Position numbers and translations under genes: made by a program
Shown here: one piece after another, positions 14,601 through 26,600 of the stretch
Layout of the letters: each line of letters begins with the position of its first letter
Numbering within the stretch: position 1 is the stretch's first letter
Source: Phoronis australis
Taxonomy: Eukaryota > Animalia > Phoronida
Reading direction: 5' to 3'
DNA length: 64,000 nucleotides
Assembly: GCA_002633005.1 (NCBI GenBank)
Contig: NMRA01000090.1
Location: forward strand, 985,453-1,049,452
The notes under the pieces: generated by a model
What the model saw: only the letters and a program-made list of their open reading frames with translations
Databases searched by the model: none
What the model was told of the DNA's origin: nothing

Positions 14601-17600
14601 CACTTTATGGTACCAATAAACAACCCTAGAAGGATACCGTATGCGGTGCAATTGTGGGCGCATTTCAACGCTCCGCGTTGCTCTTGTTATTCTTTTTGAG
14701 CTCACCTGAGTCTATATCTGCCAAACTGCTCAAGATCAATATCAAAATTGGCAGATGTGATCCCATTGATAAGAGCACGGCTGACATTTGATTTCATATT
14801 GGTCTGTCTACTTTGGCAGCCTCTAGTGCTACTGTCATATTTCATGGAATTCAGCAAATTCATTTTTCATTGGGATGACTACGCCTTCCCATTTTGAACA
14901 AGTTTGATGTGATATTTGTTGCATGTCTAAGTGGTTTTATCTGACAACCCTTAACATTTCTTGACTATCCTGACTGGCCCTGAACTCAGAAGTTTATTTT
15001 TGGGACAAATATGTGGTGTGGGAACTTTTGCAGTTTTATGACAAAATCACAGATGGAAATTTCAAGTAAGAAATCCCTGCAGCTTGCTCCTTCAACTCAT
15101 CGCTGCTAACTTTCTAGATCAAGATACACTTCCAATAATTTTGAAGAAATTAGAAAATTTTGTTGCACAAACAAAAAAGAGCCACTATAAAATCGTTATA
15201 ATTTGTTAACTTTGAAACTTAAAATGTGGTTCCGAATGCTTACGTACATTTTTTGGACAGTTGAAACTCCACTTGTGAGTCCGAATCCTGAACAAGTCGT
15301 GATGTACTAGTAACATCGTTGACAGAAATTCTAGCTGCTATTGCTTTGATCCCAGAAGTCAAGACAAATTATCATCAACATATCTGTCTAAATTTTGCCT
15401 CAACCTAGCCCGACGGACACATCAGTGAGCATATGGGTAGCCCAGTGTGTCCTGGGTGGGGTACTGATCTTAAAACCCCTAACATTTGGTGGAGTCTTGC
15501 CCATTGTACTGGCTGGCACTATTACATGGCTATGACTCAAAGTGCATGGCAACGAATGGGAAAGTATCTCCATTTTATTAAAAAAAAAACAGGCAAACTT
15601 GCTTTCACAAAGAACCTGTTGACCAATAAGAGGGCTCCCGTGAATTTTAGCTCCAATGTTTTGTGTAATAGGCTCAACCATGAGGCCTGGGCACGTCTGA
15701 TGCACTGCAAAAGACATCAGACCGTATGCAGTTTCTTTTTAAATTTCAGGGAGAATATTGCTCTTTCATTAAACTTTTTACTGCCAAATGAAAGACTAAC
15801 ATAAAGTAATTTTCTGATGTTGCAAATTGTCATTAGTGGCATTTTTATAGCTAAAACGTAGCAAACCAGATACAGTGGCCAAAAGCTGATATTGGCATTC
15901 ATGTGGGTCATGTTTGAAGTCTCCAAAAAGTGACGTCAGTGAAAGAGTTGCAACGATGTCTAACTGGAAAGCATACAAAACTGGGGTTTTGACTACAAAT
16001 GAATATTAACACCAAATTAACACTTAAATATTTGCATTAGAAGAATTCACTGAAGAACTTTGCCAGTCAGTCAGTTTGATTAAAGTTCGACGATTCTAAA
16101 TACAATGGACAGTCATGTCTAACTCTTTGAGCGTAGTAATGATGGACAGTGGGATGAGGCTGTGTGTCTTGAACCACAGAATCCAGTTTGCGACACAATA
16201 TAGATAAGTAGTAGCTGAACACTTGGGGAGAGGATACTAATTTCATGATATCTGGTGACTGAAAGAATGTATGAGGCATAGTTTGTGAACAAAAGGCAGC
16301 TGCGCTGGTCTAATTTTGGGGAAGCTATCGCTTTCTATGGTTATATACATCCTTACTCATTTTTCTCTGCAGGCGGAATGGCAGGTTTGAAGCCATTCTC
16401 CAGTCAATGCATTAGAAACCAATAACTGCAGTGCTTGCATTAATTCCAGCCATTAACTCAGGAGTAACGAATTATAGATTATTGTTATTTCCCATATCTT
16501 GACCCCAAGTGCGATTTTGAGGATTAGGGTAAATACCTGCTGAGCACGTGTACTAATTTATTTATCCACATCTTGACAATAAACTCTTACAAAACTCACG
16601 AATATTTAAATGCAGCTATATGCAGCGTAGTGTATCAGCGTAGTGTATCAGCGTAGTATATCAGCGTAGTGTATCAGCGTAGTGTATCAGCGTAGTGTAT
16701 CAGCGTAGTGTAGCAGCGTAGTGTATCAGCGTAGTGTATCAGCGTAGTGTATCAGCGTAGTGTNNNNNNTAGTGTATCAGCGTAGTGTATCAGTGTAGTG
16801 TATCAGCGTAGAGTGTGTGCGTAGTGTAGCAGCATAGTGTAGCAGCGTAGTGTAGCAGTGTAGTGTAGCAGCTAGTGTATCAGCATAGTGTATCAGCATA
16901 GTGTATCAGCGTAGAGTGTGAGCGTAGTGTAGCAGCATAGTGTATCAGTGTAGTGTAGCAGCGTAGTGTATCAGTGTAGTGTATCAGCATAGTGTATCAG
17001 CGTAGTGTATTAGCGTAGTGTGTGTGCGTAGTGTAGCAGCGTAGTGTATCAGCGTAGTGTATCAGTGTAGTGTATCAGCGTAGTGTATCAGTGTAGTGTA
17101 TTAGCGTAGAGTGTGTGCGTAGTGTAGCAGCGTAGTGTATCAGTGTAGTGTATCAGTGTAGTGTAGCAGCGTAGTGTATCAGCGTAATGTATCAGCATAG
17201 TGTATCAGCGTAGTGTATCAAATCAGACACTTGAGCGTCTTCTATCACGGAACATTGCAACATGTCCGTTACGTTTCCTGACAACCGTTATCTCTCATGA
17301 GAGATAACTCTATGGGTTATTACCTTGTAGTTATTTACTGTTCAACTTCAAGCAGATAAATGCTAATATGATGAAAAAGGATTTCATTTCTATTTCATCA
17401 AAGTCTGTTTAAGCAACTTTTCTCATCAATCAACACAACTTTTTCAGTTTCCAGTGGATCTAGTGGGTATGCTTCAGATCTCAGCCGCCAGGTGTCTCAA
17501 GTCTCAAATGAGCCGGAAAACAATATTGTCGATAGCGTCAATGGTCCCTTTGGTGATAGCGAAGATGACAATGATCGCCCTGTAGATGGCATGGTTTTTT

Positions 17601-20600
17601 ATGCTGCTCATGATTATGACGATGCTGAGAAATGGATTGAAGATATCAGGGAAAACGTCAAACTTAGAAATGGTAAGATTCTTGGCAGTTTGAGCATTGA
17701 ACATTTCTCCTGTCATTGTGCAAAGTTAGAGAGAAGGCCTTTCCAAAATATTCCGTAATTGCTGACCTCTTAAAATTTACGTATTGTTGTAACCAGCATA
17801 GCTTACTGTCAGGTTCAAGCTTGTGACTGCTTAAACTTCATTGGAAGAGTAAATATCGAAATTCAGTGCTTCACACTTAGCTTGACGCCAAGATCTGAAG
17901 GTGCATTTGACGACTTGGCAAAAATCGCAGGTCACCAAACAAAATCTGAGGTCGCCAAAAACTGACATTGAAATCGTCAAAAAAGGTCGTGCCATACTCC
18001 GTTCTTAGAAACTTTTGCTTACCTCTCCAATTTCTCCCCGAAAAAATGCGTACCATTTACTCTTTTACTCATATGCCACTGGAGATGAAACGCAGGCGAT
18101 CGCATACACTGGAGGCACGTGTTTCACCGATCTTGCTCGATTTTTGCTGAACAATTCCGACATCTGTCTGTTTACTTCCTGTTGTAATTTAAGCACATGT
18201 TTAATGTTTAACGTGTGCTGACTGTTGTGATGGCAAATGCACTGATTTCATGAAATAAATGGAACAATTGTGAATCAAAGATAATAAATCTAAGAAACCT
18301 GTTAGCAATTTAAAGTTTAGAAGTCAACACAACGGATTTTGGGGGAATTACTGTCTGACTTTGGTACTTGCAGTGGCGACTTTGTGGCGCCTTGGGATTT
18401 TTCCTAGGTCGCCAAAACACAATCTGAGGTCACATTGGGGACCTGCCGGTCACCAAATTGAGCACTAAAATTAAACCAAACCTTTTTTCAGGAAAACCTC
18501 CCGAATTTCGATTATTTGAAGTTAACTATGGAAAGAGCAAGTTTCATGAGCTGGATAAGGCAATGCGTCGCAGTACATACTGGTTGTTTTATTTGACATC
18601 AGAGCCGGACCCTTTTATTTTGAAAGCTCGTGACGAGTGCCTAGAAGAGGCCTTGTCAAACGAAGACCGTAGGTGGTCCATAATACCGATTTTTACTGCA
18701 CCAAAAGACAAGTTGTCAGTGCCTTCTGGTCTAAAGTCTATAGCTGGCATTTATACAGTTAGCACAAATATTAAATCTGTGTATAGCAAGATGAAAAAGA
18801 CATTCAATGAAAAACTCTACGAGAGGCTTGAGAGAGAGGAGCGTTGGAGGACTGAGAAACGGCAGACACAGATGAAAAAAGCAAACATGAAAAAGATGGA
18901 TGAGATACTGGAACGGGAGAAAGCGAAAATTAAAAGAGATGATGAGTTGAGAGACAAGCAGATAGAATTTGAAAAGGAAATGAATAAGGTTAAGCATAAA
19001 CATGCGCAGATGGAGGCTGCTCGAAAGGAGGAACGGCGCAGGGAGCAGCAGAAGTTGGCAGCAAATCCAGTGATTGGTTCATCTGCAATGAGTGGTGTTC
19101 TGGTAATTTTGAGTCTTTGTTGGCATGTTTTTACGAAATTTTTCTCTTGTTATTCTCTTTTTCATTGCTATACTTGACGGTGATTCCTTGAATGCATTGG
19201 TGATGTGTCAGGCATAGGAGCTGTTGCAGCTGATTTGAGTTGATTTCAAGTTGTGGCACATATCCTTGATGTATTCAATTTTTGCATCTTGTACAGTAAA
19301 TTCCAATAACAGGCAGACAAAATGATGTGGAATTCTCTGTCAAAATGACTGAACTTAAGTGTAATAATGCCCCGTCATTACAGCTAAGTGCTAACGGGAT
19401 TCACTGCCAGAGTGCCTGGAATGAACCGAAATGATGGGAAAACAAATTTTTGTCCAATTACTTCTGTGTAAGTCAACAATAAGTTTTCACCAATTCTAGT
19501 ACGGTTCAAGGCAGCCCTGGCTGCTGTCAATTCTAGATTGCTCTGAGTCTTCTCATAATTTCGGAACAACACTCACTCTTTTATTGACACATTGTGTATT
19601 AACCGTGATGTCAAAGTGAAGGCATGCACGCTACTGTAAGGGAGATATTTGTGAATTTTTTTAAGATTAGTGCAGACTGAGCTTTAGTGGTTGGATATGG
19701 TTGGTTGTGAGGACAGTTTGCATTGACTGCTGTTTCTGGTAAAGAACACCCTCAAATAATTCAACATGTCTATATTTTTCAGCCAAGAGAGACTCAATGG
19801 GATGGGGTGAGTGATCAACTCAACAGAGCTCCTGCTGATGTCAGGGGAGGTAACTCCCAGTCTTCACATTGTCACGCCAATGGAGCCTCAGACACCACTT
19901 GCACGGGTGAACGGGATGTGCCAGAGAGTCCTTTACATGGTACATATACATTAGTCACGATTGTTTTGATTTGTTAGAAGTGCTGGGCCCTCAATGCTTC
20001 GATTTTGGGACTGAATGTCGGTCCCATTCCCTTCTGAAAATATTTAAATTCATGAAAATCACCCCAATCAGGCCCAAACATTTCCCTGTGACAAATGATT
20101 AAAAGAATTCTCCTCAATAATGAATCACTTCTAACTCGGGCAGACTCTCGAATTCAAAAGGTTTTAATCTAAAATCTCCACTTCTAAAGCCGTGCCTTAT
20201 TTGAGTTTACTGTCTCGATGTGGAGAACACAATAAAGATTAGTCTATCTCAAGTATAGGTGTGATCACATAGTGTTGAGCAAAGGAAGTCAAGACTGAAT
20301 GTTGTGGCGACCAGGGCTGGAATTGGTGTTGATNGGAGGGGGGGTCTCTCTCAATAAAAAATTCTTTTCTCAGAAGGCACAGACATCTCCCCCTTAGGTG
20401 GGCGTGAGTTTCTCATTGCGTAATTGCTGTTTTAATCTTATTTCTCGTCACTGCAAATTTATTTTGATGACAGTAACTAACTACAATTAATATTATGTTA
20501 AAGACATTTTTCAGACTTGTTTGTTGCAACTTCCATGTTGCAGCTAGAGCACTGCTACAAGCAGACAACATTTTTGAAAAATTGTTGGCAACAACATATC

Positions 20601-23600
20601 AGAATAGCACTTGAAAAACGAGAAATGCAATTTTGCAATTATTTTTGTCCGAAATTGGTGAGATTTTACTGTACTAGGTCTAGAATAATTTTGCCTGATT
20701 ACACACGAGTATGAACTCTTATTTAGGTTTACTGAGAGCCATTGAGCCAGCTGTTAAAGATGGTGGCAACCTAACGGTCAACATAGAAAACCTGCAGATT
20801 GGGAACAACAACCAGGTGATGAAGACATCCTGTGGAGACACAGCAGGTGACAGGGACGGGGATGAGGATGTGGTGTACGTGCGTAAGGACACCAGCCATG
20901 ACCCCCGGTGAGTCGGCGGCATCTGTGCTGGCATTAGCGCGTGGGTTACACATTGTCTCCTATTAATTACAGTAGCAAAGATTGTGGTTAAAAGTAGTCC
21001 TGAGAGCAATGGACTCTTACTGTAATTTCTCTGCCCTTTAATCATTCATTTGTGATTGTTGTCCAGCTCTTTGTTTTGTTGGCTGTTGTTGGAACCAATA
21101 GTCAGAGTCTTGCTTTTATTTCAGTGCTGCGAATAGTCAAGAAGCAAGTGAACAGACATTGGTGATATCTAGTGTTCATAAAGTTGATAGGTGAGTGGGA
21201 AATGTTTGTCAAGATCTTGAGACAACTGTGTCATAAACAGTATCCAGTCACAGGTATACCCAAGATCTGCCCAGGCATATATTTGCCAGCACCAGGTATA
21301 CTCAAGATCTGCCCAGGCATATATTTGCCAGCACCAGGTATACCCAAGATCTGCCCAGGCATATATTTGCCAGCACCAGGTATACCCAAGATCTGTCCAG
21401 GCATATATTTGCCAGCACCAGGTATACCCAAGATCTGCCCAGGCATATATTTGCCACCACCAGGTATACCCAAGATCTGCCCAGGCATATATTTGTCAGC
21501 ACCAGGTATACCCAAGATCTGCCCAGGCATATATTTGCCAGCACCAGGTATACCCAAGATCTGCCCAGGCATATATTTGCCAGCACCAGATCATGTTACA
21601 ACCTGGCCCGGTTGGTTAATGTCAAGTGTTCACCTGTCGTGTGGCATTGCAATGGTGGATACCTGGCTGCTCCAACTACATGTAGGTATCCATCAAGTTG
21701 ACTTTCAGTGATTGCTAATGCCCTTACTAAAGTAAATGCGCTAAGCTTTTGGACAGCCTTCAACAATGAAGGAATGCCGCGATTTAGCTAGGAGGTTGCA
21801 AATCTTGGGCATATAGTTAGAGAGTTACATCACCTCTGGATATCTATACCTGGATTTAATCATGTCTTGTGGCTTCTATATGAAACTGTGAAATTGCCCT
21901 TCAGTTCAAGCCATAACCCCTAAAAAGCTCAAGTCTATAATATTAATTAATTCTACATCAATCCTTTATTTTTTTCAAATTTTGGTACATTTAAATTTCA
22001 GTCCACAAATGGTCTTTCACAACATTTAATTATTCACGACTGTTTGCGTCTCTATTTTTTTCCAAAAGAAGCAAAACTTGGAATTTTTCTCAACATTCGG
22101 TGGGTTTGCTTTTTTGTTCACCCTGTACGATGACTGGGAATTCTGTTTCATCTTGTTGGACCACTTTTGGCAGGCACTGTATTTTATTCTAATGGCCATA
22201 ACACTTCAAGTAACCATTCATTTGGTGGCTCATCAGTTATTGACTCAAGACCAAGTTTGCTTCCGTAATAGGCCCTAAATATGGGTAAATTTGGAACATC
22301 ACATTTCAAAAATGGCTGATTGTATTCTTGTGAATCTTCCAGAGACTACACATTGTTCTCCAAAACACTGTTGGGAAGTGCTATAAAAACATTGTAACAG
22401 TTGAAAATAAGACCTTTCTGATTTCCATGACAAAATGAAAACAAAACGATAATTTTAGAAAAGTGTAATCTCACTCAGCATTTATGGGGTCTCATAATGA
22501 ACATTTACACGAAGTAAAATATTATTATGTTATTGATATCATTGTTTTGCTCTCAGTGGTTTTACCTTTCTTTATACTTAATGTTACTAAAAAGATAAGG
22601 TTAATATGCGACTCAACTAATGGCAGATTGGTACATGAAATGTCAAAGACCAAATTTTAAGGCTTTCTGCTTCTAGAAAACATATACTGCAAACCTCACA
22701 GATACAGACAAAATGCAATTTAATTCGGAAATACCAAATACGAAAGTAACATGAAAAATACCTCAATACTGCCGCTCCCTGGCTCTCCTCACTGATGCCA
22801 AATATGCACTGCCACAATGTGAGTAAATCGAGTCAGCGCACAACTCTTATACTGAAATGAGGGTCGGGTCACATGCAAATTACATTCAGTCTATTCATCC
22901 ATGAATATACACGTGACCATGAGCCACCCGGAGCAAACAAACGTGAAGTATCTTACAATAAAGTTTTGTAGATATTTGACTAAATACACCAGTGAGGTAA
23001 TTTAAGTCTAACAAAATTCCATCTGCCTTTCAGTGATCGTTTAGATGATGCCTGTATCACCAGTGTGAAGAGTACTATGTCCAGTGGTGTGGTGGCGAAC
23101 GTTGCTGGCGCGGAGGCGAGTCTTGCCCCAGGGTTGACCACATGTACAGAACAGAAGGTTTTAAGTCCCAGAGAGCAGCATGAAAACACAGGTGAAATAG
23201 ACTGGCAGATGATGCTGCCCTCTGTTGTTTTCTGGACTCGCTTATTGAATTTTCAGGGATCGAAGTCTGCAGACTGTAATGAGTGTTTGACATAATGTTG
23301 TCTAGTTTTGAGTTTTGACAAAGATTTTGTAATTTCAACCTGGAAATTGGTTATGTTACTGCGATTTGATATCAGTCTGAACTTAAATCAACCGAATGTA
23401 GTTTTTAAAAATGGCGACAATATTGCTTCTCATCAAAACTGAGGAAATTTCGGAACCAAAAATTTCTGTTAATATTTGTATGAATTAGTGTACCAATTAT
23501 TCTTTCTGGTTCAAAATGTTTCTTCTTTGTTACAAAGGTTTTTTCCATACAAATAATTTTTATCATGGCTGAGATTTTGTAGCAATTCAGTTAGCCCTTG

Positions 23601-26600
23601 AAAAGAGGAAATACTGCAACATTAATTTGGGCAATTATTTTTGTGTGAATAAGAAAAAGTCTTAAAACCTAACTTTGAACCTTTGTGTGTGAAATGTATT
23701 GAGACAGTGCAAGTTAAGCCAACCGTTTTTTAATGCAAAATACTTAATATGTGATGGGATGATACAATATGCCGTAACAAAGTTCGGAGTTCATCTACAA
23801 AATCACATGTCCAGTGTTACCAAAGTAACGAAATTGCCTTTGTAGCCTTGCAGTAAAACTTTTGCACCTGTCCAGCAACATGAACAGAAAGTTAAAAAGT
23901 GCATAACATCAAAATATGACAACTATCCAAATTGATATACAGTACAAATTGATATACAGTACAAATTGACATACAGTACAAATTGATATACAGTACAAAT
24001 TGATATACAGTACAAATTGACATACAGTACAAATTGACATACAGTACAAATTGACATACAGTACAAAGTAATTCAACTGGACAATGTGGACTGTTGACTT
24101 TTTTATTACTTTTAGTAAAATTGTAATGAACACGTCAGGCCTTTCCCTACAGTGTGTCCGGGGCATCCAAAAGGAAACTAGATTCAAATTTAGATACCCA
24201 GTTAGAAGACTCTGTTCAGCATTTGAAAACCCAAATAACTGAGCAACTAAGCATTGGCTCCTCTTACTAGCTGCAGCTCAGGGACCAACAGTTCACTTAC
24301 CTGTCCAGGATAAAATAGTTGGTTTAGAAATGATGGAAGACACAAAAAATAGTGCACATCAACCATTTTTTCATGGTAACATACCACAGTATAACAGCAA
24401 TATGATTTGAGATTATAAAATGCTGCTGTGCATTATTGGTCAAGGACGCCCTGAGAAATTGAAAATCTCATTTTGCATGCCTTATTTTGAAACCCTGGAT
24501 GAACCGCTGAATGAACCTCTTGTTTAGTCTGGAGATTTTCGTAGTTTAACTGTGAACAAATTTCTGTGCTTTGTCAGCTTGCTTTGCAAATTTCCTGTGT
24601 GGATAGTAATAATTTCTGTGTTAACATTCATGTTGGCAACACATGCAACAGGATGGGAAGGAGATGAGATCAAACAAATTGGTATCTTTGCAAATACGCA
24701 ATGTGATATGCAGTTTATTTTCAACTTTAGCGTATGTGGAGTCACTGAAGATGATACAGACAAAGTCCGTTCCTGACATTGACGTTGGAGACCCAAAGAG
24801 CTCCAAGTCTTGCAATAGTGCTGTCTCATCTCCTTTCATGGATGGGATGTCCACTCAAGGCGGGACCAGCATCGAGGGTACTTCGGTTAAGGGTTTGTGT
24901 CTGAGCGGCTCTGGGAGTGCAGACATTGCTGATGGTGGAGCTGATGTTCAGAGGGAGACTCCATCGCACTATATCTGCCAGGCGGACGAAGATCCTGCTA
25001 ATCAAGCAGAGATGATGGCCCAGAAATTAGGTAGGAAATGTTCACGGTGAGAAAGGCATGCCCTCTGGTGTAGATTATGCCCGGGTACATGCTTTTTAAT
25101 TTAAAGCGAGAAATAATTAATGATCCTGTGAGCACGGTTCAGTGCCTACAGTCCAAAGGCTGTATTGTATAAAGGTTCAATAGTTGGACAGCAATAGTCG
25201 ATGTCTGTTTAGTTCAAAGACTCCATAATTTGAAGTTTTTATTGGGTGAAAGTTATATAGTTGGTTCTAGAAAACATTCAAAATATAGACAATGTTTAGG
25301 TCACAGACTGCAGCGACCTCTACAGTAGTGAAGTAGAATCTCAGAAAATAAGAGTGTGTTACGAGCATTTTCAGAAAATTGGAAGCTTGAGGATGAAGAA
25401 GTAATTGTCACGTTTGCCAGTCGATACAAAGGGATGGATCTCAGTTTTTGCCAAACAGGTTTACCAATGCGTAAACTGTAAGTTAATTGCTGCGGTCAAT
25501 TCGCAGGCGAGTAGAAATCATGTTCTGTAATCCCTAGTGGCGACAAGTTTTATATTTGATCGCACTTCCATTTTGTAGTCGCTCATGGCAGCTTCGGGGT
25601 TGCAAAGTTATGTCCTGCATGTGTGTGTGTATGTGTGTGGGTGTGGGNTGTGTGTGGGTGTGTGTGTGGGTGTGGGTGTGTGTGTGTTTGTGTGTGTGTG
25701 TGTGTTTTCATGCCCTTGGGAAGGTGCAGCTGTGTCCAAATCTGAGCACTTTTGTCTGTTTACCAATTTTGCATTGTATTGTTTTGAATTGTGTCGATAT
25801 TGAATTGTGTTGTATTGAACTCTATTGTATTTTATAAAGTATTTTCTTGGACAAACAATATTTAATCAAACATATTAAATCAATCAATAAAAAATATGAA
25901 ACATGTCTCAAATTGGTTCACAGTCAAATTACAGGTGATTTCTGGACATAGAATTATCTGGCAGTTATCGCTTAAAGCTTTTGGTTATCTGGATTGGCCA
26001 TGGACGTACTTTTTTTGCAAAACTATCCTAAAAAGCATGGTTACATGACCTAATTAATACCAAATTGGTGTAGAGTCAAAAATACAATTTCAAGGAATTT
26101 CTACTCTCGGAAAACATATAATTTTGCAGAGTTAAATTTGATGTTTTAGTTGATATTTTCCTAAGTGTACAGACTTGGCGACAAGGTCCTACATAACCTT
26201 AAATGTGCGCTAGTGAAGTTGGCTAAGTATCCATTACGGTGCCAAGAATTGATAAAACTGCATCAAAAACATCCAGGTGTATGACCTCCTCATTTGTGCA
26301 AGAGTCACTATAACTGCATCTGTTGATGACACTTGGTCTGCTCCCACCCACTCTGTGGAAATTAAAAATAACCTATTTCTGGTACACGAGATGTAATGTA
26401 AGGATTTATCCCAGCATCTTTCGATCTATTTAAGGTAACTACGAATTGCCAGTCAAAGTACGTTATGCTGGCGTGAACAAAGAATCAGGCACCCCCCAGT
26501 CACTCACATTCACTCAGGCGTCCGTCGATGAAGGGTCCCCGTCTTTGCCATCGTCTGCCTTCCCGACAGTCGTCGATGCACATGGAGAACAGGACACGTC

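Noticed and set aside
16623-17220. Possible CRISPR or telomeric array
   Set aside because: A simple 13-bp minisatellite with no spacers and no telomeric motif.
18458-19177. Stand-alone 239-aa single-exon gene
   Set aside because: It starts at TTG inside a MITE end. Splice sites at 18492 and 19102 show it is an internal exon.
21172-21711. 179-aa repeat ORF / CRISPR-like appearance
   Set aside because: Head-to-tail 42-bp units with no unique spacers and no cas genes. The ORFs on both strands are by-products of a stop-free unit inside an intron.
23909-24187. Cys-rich repeat ORF
   Set aside because: Translation of the 17-bp minisatellite.
25556-25837. Cys/Val-rich ORFs
   Set aside because: Translations of the (GT)n microsatellite.
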